A stretch of DNA of 64,000 bases, from assembly GCA_964505425.1 (NCBI GenBank), contig CAZDHX010000006.1, positions 700 to 64,699 on the forward strand, read 5' to 3'. The notes under the pieces are model-generated. The model saw nothing but the letters and a program-made list of their open reading frames with translations, was not told the DNA's origin and searched no databases. Shown one piece after another: positions 1-8,156 of the stretch (within the stretch, counting starts at the first letter, position 1; each line of letters starts with the position of its first letter). A program made the position numbers and the translations under genes. Origin of the DNA: an uncultured Dehalococcoidales bacterium. Its GTDB lineage: Bacteria; Chloroflexota; Dehalococcoidia; Dehalococcoidales; BS750m-G39.

Positions 1-1039
1 TATCTTGATAACTGCCATGGTGGTAACCCAGTTCCCCGAGGCTTATCCTTTATGGCTGAGGACAGCCCTCGGGATTGCCGCCGTCCTGCTCTTTTTCGCC
101 GCGGTGGGTGTTCGTGAAGTTATCCTCAATTTTCTGGCTCTTAGTAGGGGTATGCCGGAGAAGAAGATTACCCTATTTGTCTTCGGCGGGGTGTCTCAGA
201 GAGCCGAGGAGGACACCCTCCCCGTTCTTGAGCTGCTGTTGGGGATGGCTGGGCTTCTATGCAACCTGATGATAACCGGTATACTTTACGGGGTTTACTC
301 TATACTGGTAAACACCGGCAGCTCTACGGTTAGCGGGCTAATCCTTTGGTCAGCCTATCTCTATTTTATACTGGCTTTGTTCCACTTTATCCCTGTCTTT
401 CCCCTGGACGGAGGCAGGCTTTTGCGGGTGCTGCTATGGAAGGTGACCGGTGATTATAACCTGGCGACGCGTATTACCAGCGAGGCGGGACTGGGGGTTG
501 GCTTACTCCTTATTGCCGGTGGCATTCTACTGCTGGTCTTGGCGCAGCAATGGTTTAATGGGTTGGTGCTGGTGTTTGTCGGCTGGGTGCTGCAAACCGC
601 CGCCATGCAGAGCCGCCGCCCCGTGGTATTGCGCCGGGTCCTTCGCGGGCTTAAGGCTAGGGATGTGGTGGCTCAGGATTGTCCCCTTGTCAGCCAGCGG
701 CTCAGCCTTGGTCGGCTGGTTCGGGATTACGTACTGGTCGGCGGGCAGCGTTACTTCATTGTCGTTCGTGGGGCTAGGCTGGTGGGGGTGGTGAGCGTGC
801 CTGATATAAAGAAGGTGCCCAAAAAGCGCCGGCGCTCAACCACTATTGGGGGAATTATGACCCCGGCTAGTGAGCTCAGGACGGCTCGGGCGGGGCAGCC
901 GGCAGCGCGCCTGCTTGAGCAAATGAATGAGTGGCAGATTGACTACATGCCGGTGCTGGAAGAGGATAGGGTGATTGGTATTGTGGTGCGGGATGGTCTG
1001 GCGCGTCTGGTAAAGACCCGGGCTGAGCTTGGCAGATAA
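1..1039 (+). CDS. M50-family (site-2 protease-like) membrane metalloprotease, C-terminal part with CBS-like pair; 5' end lies outside the window
   Basis: Frame is open from the window edge. Several hydrophobic segments and motif FHFIPVFPLDGGRLL typical of M50 peptidases. HExxH is not present, so the N-terminus is missing. The C-terminal ~130 aa look like tandem CBS domains. Confidence 0.6.
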   Translation, partial: ILITAMVVTQFPEAYPLWLRTALGIAAVLLFFAAVGVREVILNFLALSRGMPEKKITLFVFGGVSQRAEEDTLPVLELLLGMAGLLCNLMITGILYGVYSILVNTGSSTVSGLILWSAYLYFILALFHFIPVFPLDGGRLLRVLLWKVTGDYNLATRITSEAGLGVGLLLIAGGILLLVLAQQWFNGLVLVFVGWVLQTAAMQSRRPVVLRRVLRGLKARDVVAQDCPLVSQRLSLGRLVRDYVLVGGQRYFIVVRGARLVGVVSVPDIKKVPKKRRRSTTIGGIMTPASELRTARAGQPAARLLEQMNEWQIDYMPVLEEDRVIGIVVRDGLARLVKTRAELGR

Positions 1040-1047
1040 AGCGCTGC

Positions 1048-2460
1048 TTAAGGCATTTCGTCAATGAGCTTCCGATATCGGATTTCCGTGGAGTAAGTCC
1101 TCCATTCCGCTTTGAACCAGCGGAAGGGGCTTTCTGCTTCTGAGTGTATTTTTAACCTGAGGTCGCGGTGGTCATCGCTTAACCATGACACACGCTTAAT
1201 ATTGGTCAGCGGCGTACCGGTGACTATTTCAACCTCATAATGGTTGCGCCCAGTCCCCACCGGCAGTAGCCCACGGTCATAGATGCTCCAGTTCACCTCA
1301 ACCTGATTTCTCGGGGCGGCTCTGGTTTTCAGGTAAAGCTGGCAATCGTAAGAGCTATCACTCAACCAGTGCACCTCCTCAACGCTGGCTAGAAACGGGA
1401 AATGTCCCACCTGGCTTATCTGGTAGCTACTCCGCCTGCTGCCGGAAGGGCATTCCCCAACCACATCCTCCCACTCCTGCCAGCTGGTATAGGACTCGTT
1501 GAAGTGCTGCACGCTACCGCTGCTGGCGAGGGTTTCACCAATGACTTCCTCCCAGAGGTCTGTCCCCGGTAGCCAGCCAGCCTTGTGCTCAAAGCTGCCG
1601 CTTCTGGCAGGAACGGAGCATTCTATATACCCACCAAAGATATAGCTTAGGATTTGCTCGCTCATGAAATCGGCTACCTCCTCCTGGTTGGCAAAGTCAT
1701 TGTGAGAATGCTCTCCATAGTAGACTACGTCAGCGCCGAAGGAGTATTGAGCTGAGATTGGTATGATGTTGTCGTCCATATCCCTGGGCATGGCATCAAC
1801 CCCACCAACGTTAAACTGTTGGCTGAGCGGTGCCGACTCAGCCCCTATGAAAGTCAGCCAGTGGGTGGTGGCGGCTACCAGCCTGCCATCCTGGGAGCTA
1901 TCATAGGCGACTACCGACCCGGAGACCCCGCTCTCGGAAAGTAGCCCCAGGGTTCGATAATAATCCATTGCTGAGGTACCGCCAGCAAAATAATAATCTT
2001 GCAGGCTCTTAATCGGGCTATTGATGGTTACCACCAGTGCCACTCTATCGGCCAGATTGCCTATATCATGGGCTACGGCGTAGAGGGCTGCCTTGCCTCC
2101 CATACTGTGCCCGATTAAGATTAGATTCCTCTTGTTAGTCAGATACCTGTTGATGCTAAGAGCGATGTTGTTAGCCCAGGTCTCAATATCCACATCGTTG
2201 GGATAACATCTTAGTAATTCGTCAGCCTGAATCTTAACCCCAGGATTGGCTTGTTCATAGAGCAAGGTATATTCCGGTAGTTGCTCCGTGATAGAATCTG
2301 CCAGAAGCTGCATGGAACAGGCGTTGCCGCCAGCACCGTGAAGGAAAACGAAATTCAGTTCCTTGACCGGGGTTGGCTCTCCTGGCGATGACTGCACTGG
2401 ACTGCCGAAGCCCAGTTGGAGGCAAAGTCCAATGGTTATGAGCAATACTAACCGCTTCAT
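1048..2460 (-). CDS. secreted alpha/beta-hydrolase (lipase/esterase-like) with C-terminal domain of unknown function
   Basis: N-terminal signal-like MKRLVLLITIGLCLQLGFG. Nucleophile elbow GHSMGG and an earlier HGAGG oxyanion-like motif. Confidence 0.6.
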   Translation of the reverse strand: MKRLVLLITIGLCLQLGFGSPVQSSPGEPTPVKELNFVFLHGAGGNACSMQLLADSITEQLPEYTLLYEQANPGVKIQADELLRCYPNDVDIETWANNIALSINRYLTNKRNLILIGHSMGGKAALYAVAHDIGNLADRVALVVTINSPIKSLQDYYFAGGTSAMDYYRTLGLLSESGVSGSVVAYDSSQDGRLVAATTHWLTFIGAESAPLSQQFNVGGVDAMPRDMDDNIIPISAQYSFGADVVYYGEHSHNDFANQEEVADFMSEQILSYIFGGYIECSVPARSGSFEHKAGWLPGTDLWEEVIGETLASSGSVQHFNESYTSWQEWEDVVGECPSGSRRSSYQISQVGHFPFLASVEEVHWLSDSSYDCQLYLKTRAAPRNQVEVNWSIYDRGLLPVGTGRNHYEVEIVTGTPLTNIKRVSWLSDDHRDLRLKIHSEAESPFRWFKAEWRTYSTEIRYRKLIDEMP

Positions 2461-2473
2461 ATCTGAAAGCCTA

Positions 2474-2502
2474 TTGACAACATAGCACGAGCTTGAGACA
2501 AT
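2474..2502 (+). promoter_or_regulatory. sigma70-like promoter TTGACA-17-GACAAT (TGn extended -10)
   Basis: TTGACA at 2474..2479, 17-nt spacer, TG-A-GACAAT at 2494..2502, located in a divergent intergenic gap. Confidence 0.35.
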
Positions 2503-2530
2503 TGCAAGGAAACTTTAACGGAGGCAAACG

Positions 2531-2653
2531 ATGGGGCGAAAGCAAGAGAAAGCAGAGCAGAGAAGGCGGTACAAGGAAACGTTTAAGAAGGTTAAGCACG
2601 GTCATGGCGGGCGCCCGGTAAGGAAAAAGGAAGAGGCTGCCTTGGGCAAATAG
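2531..2653 (+). CDS. putative 40-aa highly basic small protein (below ORF-track threshold)
   Basis: ATG at 2531 preceded by GGAGG with a 6-nt spacer. Translation MGRKQEKAEQRRRYKETFKKVKHGHGGRPVRKKEEAALGK. Promoter-like site upstream. Confidence 0.3.
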   Translation: MGRKQEKAEQRRRYKETFKKVKHGHGGRPVRKKEEAALGK

Positions 2654-2715
2654 AGCATATTGTACCTTGTTGATGTGGTAGAATTGGGGGAGAGACGCTT
2701 GGTTGGGGGTTAAAA

Positions 2716-3027
2716 ATGGCTTTGCTTAAGATAAGCATTGTTCCGGTGGGTACTGCCGCCACTTCAATTAGCCAGTATATAGCTCGGGCGGTAGAGGTGC
2801 TGGAGGGGGAGAAGGACATAAAGTACGAGCTAACGGCAATGGGAACGATTATTGAGGGCGATTTGGACCGAGTCCTCACCTTAGCCCGCAGGATGCACGA
2901 GGCGGTCTTTGACGGGGAAACCAGAAGAGCGGTAACGGTAATTGAGATTGATGACCGCCGGGATAAGCCCTCCACCATCGGCGGCAAGGTAGAATCGGTG
3001 AGGAAAAAGCTGGGGCGTAAGGCTTAG
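2716..3027 (+). CDS. MTH1187/YkoF-like (UPF0045) thiamine-binding family protein
   Basis: 103 aa. The N-terminus MALLKISIVPVGT..SISQYIA and the overall ferredoxin-like pattern are typical of this family. Confidence 0.65.
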   Translation: MALLKISIVPVGTAATSISQYIARAVEVLEGEKDIKYELTAMGTIIEGDLDRVLTLARRMHEAVFDGETRRAVTVIEIDDRRDKPSTIGGKVESVRKKLGRKA

Positions 3028-3030
3028 GCG

Positions 3031-3855
3031 GTGACGATAGCTCATATCATTACCCTTCTGGCAACCGGCATTGCCGTTGGCTTTGCCAGTGGTCTTCTCG
3101 GTCTTGGCGGCGCTTTTATCATGACGCCGGTTCAGTACCTGATTTTCACCGCTATGGGCATCCCAGCCGATATGGCCATCAAGCTGGCATTCGGCACCAG
3201 CCTGCTGGTTGTTCTGCCCCTGTCTGCCAGCGGAGCCTGGAGGCACAGTACCAAGGGGGCGGTGTGGTGGAAAGCAGCCATTGTCATCGGCGGCTGCGGT
3301 CTGGTCTGCGCCTTTGGCGGGGCTACCCTGGCTACCCGCCTCCCCGGGACAGCATTAAAGATAGCCTTTGGCGCCGTAATTCTACTCGCCGCCATCAGGA
3401 TGCTCACCGCCAAGCCGCCAACAATCGGGGAGGAAGCCGAGGACAATCCCTGGATATGGGTGGGGTGGGCTATCCCTATAGGCTTCGTAAGCGGCATCCT
3501 CGGCATTGGCGGTGGTATATTGATAATTCCGGTAACGGTGCTGGCACTCAGGTTCAAGATGCATAATGCCGTAGCCACCTCCCTGGCAATAATGATGTTT
3601 ACCAGCACCGGTGGTGTTATCGGCTATATCGTGAATGGTCTGGGCACCCCCGACCTGCCAGCCTATTCTATAGGCTATGTTAATCTAGCGTCGTGGTTTC
3701 TGCTGGCAATTACCAGCGTGGGCATGGCGCAGGTTGGCGCTATAACCGCCCACAAGCTGCCCGCCAGACAGCTGGGCTATATCTTCGTTGCGGTGCTGTT
3801 CTACATGGGGCTAAAGATGCTCGGTGTCTTTGACTGGCTGGGCTGGCCGCTATGA
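3031..3855 (+). CDS. TauE/SafE (DUF81) family anion exporter membrane protein
   Basis: 274 aa, about 8 hydrophobic helices, repeated G-rich LGxGGG motifs in both halves. Confidence 0.7.
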   Translation: MTIAHIITLLATGIAVGFASGLLGLGGAFIMTPVQYLIFTAMGIPADMAIKLAFGTSLLVVLPLSASGAWRHSTKGAVWWKAAIVIGGCGLVCAFGGATLATRLPGTALKIAFGAVILLAAIRMLTAKPPTIGEEAEDNPWIWVGWAIPIGFVSGILGIGGGILIIPVTVLALRFKMHNAVATSLAIMMFTSTGGVIGYIVNGLGTPDLPAYSIGYVNLASWFLLAITSVGMAQVGAITAHKLPARQLGYIFVAVLFYMGLKMLGVFDWLGWPL

Positions 3856-3861
3856 GCCGCT

Positions 3862-4425
3862 CTACTTCCTGGCTGGTTTTATCGGCACGGTTAAGCCAGC
3901 GACCATAAGGTAGACCTCATCCGCCGCCTCTGCCAGTTTTTGATTAGCCCCAGCCAGCAGGTCGCGGTATAACCTCCCCAGCCGGCTCGGCGGCACCACC
4001 CCCAGCCCCACCTCGTTGGTGACGATAATAAAGTGAGCATCAAGTTGCCTGGTGCACTCAATCAGCTCTTCTATTTCCGCATTGAGCCTTTTCTCGATAA
4101 GGGGGGCATCAATCTGCTCACCCTGCTCGCTATACTGGCTGGAGATATTGTTTGCCAGCAGGGTGATGCAATCAACGATCACCACCTGAGCATCCCCGAT
4201 TTTCTGGAGGATATTTTTACCCACCTCGGTGGTGACCTCCAGGGTGCTCCAGGTGGGTGGTCTTTTACTTCGGTGTTTGTCGATGCGCTGGCGCATCTCC
4301 TCATCGCCGGCGACGGCGGTCGCCACGAAGAGCACCGCCCCACCAAGTTTGAGGGCAAGCTCCTGGGCAAAGTGGCTTTTGCCGCTACCGGCACCGCCAA
4401 TCAGCAGAGTGATTATTAACCTCAC
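3862..4425 (-). CDS. cobU: adenosylcobinamide kinase / adenosylcobinamide-phosphate guanylyltransferase
   Basis: 187 aa, N-terminal P-loop GGAGSGKS, size and position after cobT-cobS. The GTG start lies inside the repeat element. Confidence 0.8.
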   Translation of the reverse strand: MRLIITLLIGGAGSGKSHFAQELALKLGGAVLFVATAVAGDEEMRQRIDKHRSKRPPTWSTLEVTTEVGKNILQKIGDAQVVIVDCITLLANNISSQYSEQGEQIDAPLIEKRLNAEIEELIECTRQLDAHFIIVTNEVGLGVVPPSRLGRLYRDLLAGANQKLAEAADEVYLMVAGLTVPIKPARK

Positions 4426-4497
4426 CCCCTTTATCCCCCTCTCCTTGTCAAGGAGAGGGGGAAGAGGTTTTAGAAGAGGGGCTTCGCCCCTCTTAAA
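4421..4497 (-). repeat. intercistronic twin-hairpin element, copy 1 (between cobS stop and cobU start)
   Basis: Hairpin CCCCCTCTCCTT/AAGGAGAGGGGG at 4435..4461 and hairpin AAGAGGGGC/GCCCCTCTT at 4474..4494. Near-identical second copy at 40551..40627. Confidence 0.75.
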
Positions 4498-4512
4498 CTC
4501 CCCTCTAATATT

Positions 4513-5259
4513 TTAAGTGAGCCAGCCGATATGAGCCAGCAGGCAGACCAGGATAGGGACCAGGACCTCAGCTATCTCGTTTATTGCCCCGTAGTTATCA
4601 CCGGTTAGCCCGCCAAACCTGCCCTTGAGATAGAAGGCGATAGCCATTACTATAATCCAGACACCGAACATTATAATCAGCCCGGCAAATTGTGCCGGAA
4701 TCACGGCTATAGCTAGGGCGATGATTGTCGCCACCAGGAATACCAGCCGACTAGCCTCCTGCTTGAATACCTTCCCCAGCCCCGATGGTTTGGCGTAGGG
4801 GTGGGCAAAAACAGCGTAGACCATTGCCCAGCGGCTTAGCACCGGCATGAGCAGGAGGGTCGGCACCAGCCAGTCAGCGGGGACGCTATTTAGTGAGACA
4901 TACTTCATCAGCAGGAGCAAGCTGACGCCGATGATACCAAAGGCGCCAGCCCGGCTATCCTTCATCACCCGCCACCTCTGAGGTGCCGTTTTATGCCCCA
5001 CCATGCCGTCGCAGGTATCAACGAAGCCGTCAAGGTGCAGACCGCCGCTGATTATCGCCAGGGAGACGATGAGCAGTATATTGACCACCGCCTGAGGCAG
5101 AATTAGACCGAGCAGCCAGTTCAGGGCAAGCAGAATAAGCCCGATAATAGCCCCCACGGCGGGGAAGTAAGCAATTGAGCCTCCGATTTCCCGGGGGCCG
5201 ATCTTGCGCCCGGGGAGGGGTATAATGGTTAAAAATTTTAGCGCCGTCAAAAAGCCCAA
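4513..5259 (-). CDS. cobS: adenosylcobinamide-GDP ribazoletransferase (cobalamin synthase)
   Basis: 248 aa polytopic membrane protein. The N-terminus ..LTALKFLTIIPLPG and the DGFVDTCDG motif are typical of CobS. TTG start abuts the cobT stop. Confidence 0.85.
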   Translation of the reverse strand: MGFLTALKFLTIIPLPGRKIGPREIGGSIAYFPAVGAIIGLILLALNWLLGLILPQAVVNILLIVSLAIISGGLHLDGFVDTCDGMVGHKTAPQRWRVMKDSRAGAFGIIGVSLLLLMKYVSLNSVPADWLVPTLLLMPVLSRWAMVYAVFAHPYAKPSGLGKVFKQEASRLVFLVATIIALAIAVIPAQFAGLIIMFGVWIIVMAIAFYLKGRFGGLTGDNYGAINEIAEVLVPILVCLLAHIGWLT

Positions 5260-6321
5260 TTATTTCTCCTTTTCCGATACCCCGGCTTCGGCGAAGGTTG
5301 ACATCTCAGCCAGAGTCCTGGCGGCTGCCTCAGCCAGAAATATTCCCAGCGCGGCACCGGTGCCTTCGCCCAGGCGCATGTCCAGATTCAGTAGCGGCTT
5401 GAGTCCTAGATGGCGGAGCAGCACCTTATGCCCCGCTTCTACCGAGACGTGGGCGGCGATAAGAAAGTCCTTAAGTCTCGGTGCCAGCGCGGTAGCGATA
5501 AGGGCGGCTGCCCCGGAGATAAAGCCGTCTAAAACTACCGGTATACGGTAAGCCGCCGCCGCCAGCATTACCCCCACCAGCCCCCCAATCTCAAAGCCCC
5601 CAACCTTTGCCAGCACGTCTAGAGGCTGTTTGGGGTCGGGGTGGTTGACTGCCAGCGCCCGCTGGACTACCTCTATTTTATGGGCGAGCTGTTCATCGCT
5701 TAAGCCGGCGCCTCGCCCAGTAACCTCGCTCGCCGGTCTCCCCGTCATCACGGCGCAGATGGTACTGCTTGCCGTGGTGTTGCCGATGCCCATATCGCCG
5801 GTGCCAACGATATCAAGCCCCTTAGCCACCTCACTTCCCACCAGCTCAATGCCGGTCTCTATCGCCCTCACTGCCTGCTCCGGGGTCATCGCCGGGCGCG
5901 AGAGCATATCCTGGGTGCCGGGGGCAATCTTCCTGGATACAAGCTGGGGGTGGGGCTCAAGCTCGGCGGCTACCCCCATGTCAACGATGACCACCCTTGC
6001 CCCAACCTGGTGGGCCAGCACGTTTATCCCCGCCCCGCCCCGCAAAAAGTTGTAAATCATCTGGGCGGTAACCTCGGCGGGGTAGGCGCTTACCCCCTCA
6101 GCCACCACCCCATGGTCGCCAGCCATGGTGAAGATGACCTTGTGCCTGATTTGAGGTATAGTTTTGCCCTGAATGCCCGCCAGCTTGATAGACAGTTCCT
6201 CAAGCCTGCCCAGACTGCCCTGTGGCTTGGTCAGGGTGTCCTGCCGGGAGCGGGCGCTGTCCATTGCCTCCTTATCCAGGGGCTTTATCAGCTTGATGGT
6301 ATTGGACAAAAGCTCTGACAT
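5260..6321 (-). CDS. cobT: nicotinate-nucleotide--dimethylbenzimidazole phosphoribosyltransferase
   Basis: 353 aa with motifs GDMGIGNTT and LGEGTGA characteristic of CobT. Confidence 0.9.
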   Translation of the reverse strand: MSELLSNTIKLIKPLDKEAMDSARSRQDTLTKPQGSLGRLEELSIKLAGIQGKTIPQIRHKVIFTMAGDHGVVAEGVSAYPAEVTAQMIYNFLRGGAGINVLAHQVGARVVIVDMGVAAELEPHPQLVSRKIAPGTQDMLSRPAMTPEQAVRAIETGIELVGSEVAKGLDIVGTGDMGIGNTTASSTICAVMTGRPASEVTGRGAGLSDEQLAHKIEVVQRALAVNHPDPKQPLDVLAKVGGFEIGGLVGVMLAAAAYRIPVVLDGFISGAAALIATALAPRLKDFLIAAHVSVEAGHKVLLRHLGLKPLLNLDMRLGEGTGAALGIFLAEAAARTLAEMSTFAEAGVSEKEK

Positions 6322-6334
6322 CGCTATTCCCGCT

Positions 6335-6363
6335 ATTATATAATTTTTTGCCCTGGATTGTAA
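6335..6363 (-). promoter_or_regulatory. promoter TTACAA-17-TATAAT for cobTSU
   Basis: Minus strand: TTACAA (6363..6358), 17-nt spacer, TATAAT (6340..6335). Only 13 nt separate the -10 from the cobT ATG. Confidence 0.45.
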
Positions 6364-6425
6364 GTTGCTAAAGATGGCTGGCTTGATATTTTTGCTCAGA
6401 TTGGTTAGAGTAAACTACTTAAAAC

Positions 6426-7118
6426 ATGGAACAGACTTCGCTTTTAGTTGCCTTCGGTGCCGGCTTGCTCTCCTTCCTCTCCCCCTGCGTGCTGCCTCTG
6501 GTGCCGGTATATCTGGCTAGCGTCTGCGGCCCGGAGATACTTGAGCCGGGGGCGGACAGAAAACGCCTGCCCATACTTTTTCATTCGCTCAGCTTCGTCG
6601 CCGGTTTCACCCTGGTCTTTACCATTCTCGGCGCCAGCGTGGGGCTGGTCGGCTTTACCCTCAGCGCTAATACGGTGCTCACCCGGGCCATAGTCGGCGG
6701 TTTGCTCATAGCCTTCGGCATATTTCTATTAGCCGCCATCAAAATACCCTGGCTTAACTACGAGCGGCGGCTGGCGCCATCGGTGGGCGCCACCACCGGT
6801 TACCTGCGCTCCCTGCTCATCGGCGCTATCTTCTCCCTCGCCTGGACCCCTTGCGTCGGCCCCATACTGGGCGGCATCCTGACCCTCGCCTGGAGCTCGG
6901 AAACCGCCTGGCAGGGAGCCTATTTGCTGGCGGTATATTCCCTGGGGCTAGGCCTCCCCTTCCTCATTCTTGGCGCCGCCTTTGATTCTCTCCGCCCCCT
7001 CTTGAGGCGTATTCAGCGCTACGCTAAGTGGAGCTATATTATCAGCGGCTTACTGCTCATCGCCGTGGGCATAATCATCCTCACCGGCAATCTAAGCTGG
7101 CTTCAGGGCGCAATTTAG
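6426..7118 (+). CDS. ccdA: CcdA/DsbD-family thiol-disulfide electron transfer membrane protein
   Basis: 230 aa, six helices, conserved Cys in FLSPCVLPLVP and in the WTPCVGPILG motif. Confidence 0.8.
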   Translation: MEQTSLLVAFGAGLLSFLSPCVLPLVPVYLASVCGPEILEPGADRKRLPILFHSLSFVAGFTLVFTILGASVGLVGFTLSANTVLTRAIVGGLLIAFGIFLLAAIKIPWLNYERRLAPSVGATTGYLRSLLIGAIFSLAWTPCVGPILGGILTLAWSSETAWQGAYLLAVYSLGLGLPFLILGAAFDSLRPLLRRIQRYAKWSYIISGLLLIAVGIIILTGNLSWLQGAI

Positions 7119-7138
7119 GGTAGAATGGGAAAGAAGCC

Positions 7139-7642
7139 ATGAACAAGACGCTAACGGCAATGCTGACCATAGTAATCGGCCTGGGGATATTATTCGCCGG
7201 CTGTGGCGGGGGAACACCTAAAAGTCCACAGGTTGGCGAGCTGGCGCCTGACTTCCAGTTTCAGGTTGGTGAGCAGCCCATCTCCCTCAGCGACCTTCAG
7301 GGCGCTCCGGTGTTGCTCAACTTCTGGGCAACCTATTGTCCCCCCTGCCGTGAGGAAATGCCCTACCTGCAGCAAATCTATGATGAGTGGCAGGAAAAGG
7401 GGCTGTTCTTATTGGCAGTCAATATCGGCGAGAGTTCCTCAGATATAGAAAGTTTTATGCAGAGCCGGGGGCTTTCCCTTCCGGTGCTGCTTGACAGCAA
7501 CGGGGCACTTGCCGGGCAATATGGCGTCACCGGCATCCCTGCCACCTTCTTCATTGGTAAAGACGGCATAGTTCAGAAGGTGAAGGTCGGTGCCTTCCAG
7601 AGCGCGGCAGAGATAGAGAGTATCCTGAACCAGCTTGATTAA
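7139..7642 (+). CDS. TlpA/ResA-like thioredoxin-fold lipoprotein (thiol:disulfide oxidoreductase)
   Basis: Lipobox-like LFAGCGG and active site WATYCPPC. Confidence 0.8.
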   Translation: MNKTLTAMLTIVIGLGILFAGCGGGTPKSPQVGELAPDFQFQVGEQPISLSDLQGAPVLLNFWATYCPPCREEMPYLQQIYDEWQEKGLFLLAVNIGESSSDIESFMQSRGLSLPVLLDSNGALAGQYGVTGIPATFFIGKDGIVQKVKVGAFQSAAEIESILNQLD

Positions 7643-7896
7643 GGCAGGGTGCGCCTTAGCTCAAACACCACCGGGTTTTCCGGGTCGGGGCAGGCGACGG
7701 TGGCCTTGTCCGGGTCTTTCTCCCAGGGGAACGAGCCGCCGTACTGGAGCACACTGGCGAAAGGAAACAGGCAGTAAAATGCCCATGAGCACACCTTTGG
7801 CGGGGTCTTTTCCCCGATAACAAACTCATCGCCGACCTTGTGCCCGGCAGCGCAAGTCCCCTTTTGGGATATTACCCTGGCGGTAACATCAGACAT
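7639..7896 (-). CDS. TIGR04076-like small Cys-containing protein
   Basis: 85 aa. The pattern C..GH.VGDEF...C.WAF....P......GG.FPW........CPD..NPVVFEL.R matches my recollection of that family. Confidence 0.5.
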   Translation of the reverse strand: MSDVTARVISQKGTCAAGHKVGDEFVIGEKTPPKVCSWAFYCLFPFASVLQYGGSFPWEKDPDKATVACPDPENPVVFELRRTLP

Positions 7897-7967
7897 TATT
7901 TCCTCCTTGACACAACATCCTGCAAGGAGTATAAGGTAAGGAATATTTCAAAGTAAAGGAGTGCAGC

Positions 7968-8156
7968 ATGAGTAAGACGGGATGGGCGTGGGTCTGGTTC
8001 GGCTTTCTGCTGGCGCTTGATATTGCCATTCCCTGGTTCGTCCTCACCCATGTTGAGAAGATGAGCGGCGCCTTCCTCTTCTGGACGCTCTGGGTGGTGC
8101 TGGCTATTATCAGCGCCTTCGTCATCTTCCTCAGGTGGAAGGAGGCGAGGCGATGA
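7968..8156 (+). CDS. small two-helix membrane protein (DUF3311-like) coupled to the symporter
   Basis: 62 aa and hydrophobic. Its stop overlaps the symporter start as ATGA (8153..8156). Confidence 0.55.
   Translation: MSKTGWAWVWFGFLLALDIAIPWFVLTHVEKMSGAFLFWTLWVVLAIISAFVIFLRWKEARR

Noticed and set aside
4229-4516. Plus-strand ORFs reading through the twin-hairpin repeats (4229..4516 and 40486..40689) as a possible conserved peptide
   Set aside because: The two copies are read in different frames and contexts, so the similarity is at the nucleotide and structure level. Both ORFs are mostly antisense to cobU or trpD.
6322-6425. Expected cobalamin riboswitch upstream of cobT-cobS-cobU
   Set aside because: The gap is only 104 nt and is shared with the divergent ccdA. 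A TTACAA-17-TATAAT promoter leaves about 6 nt of 5' UTR, and I could not see a B12-box-like core.
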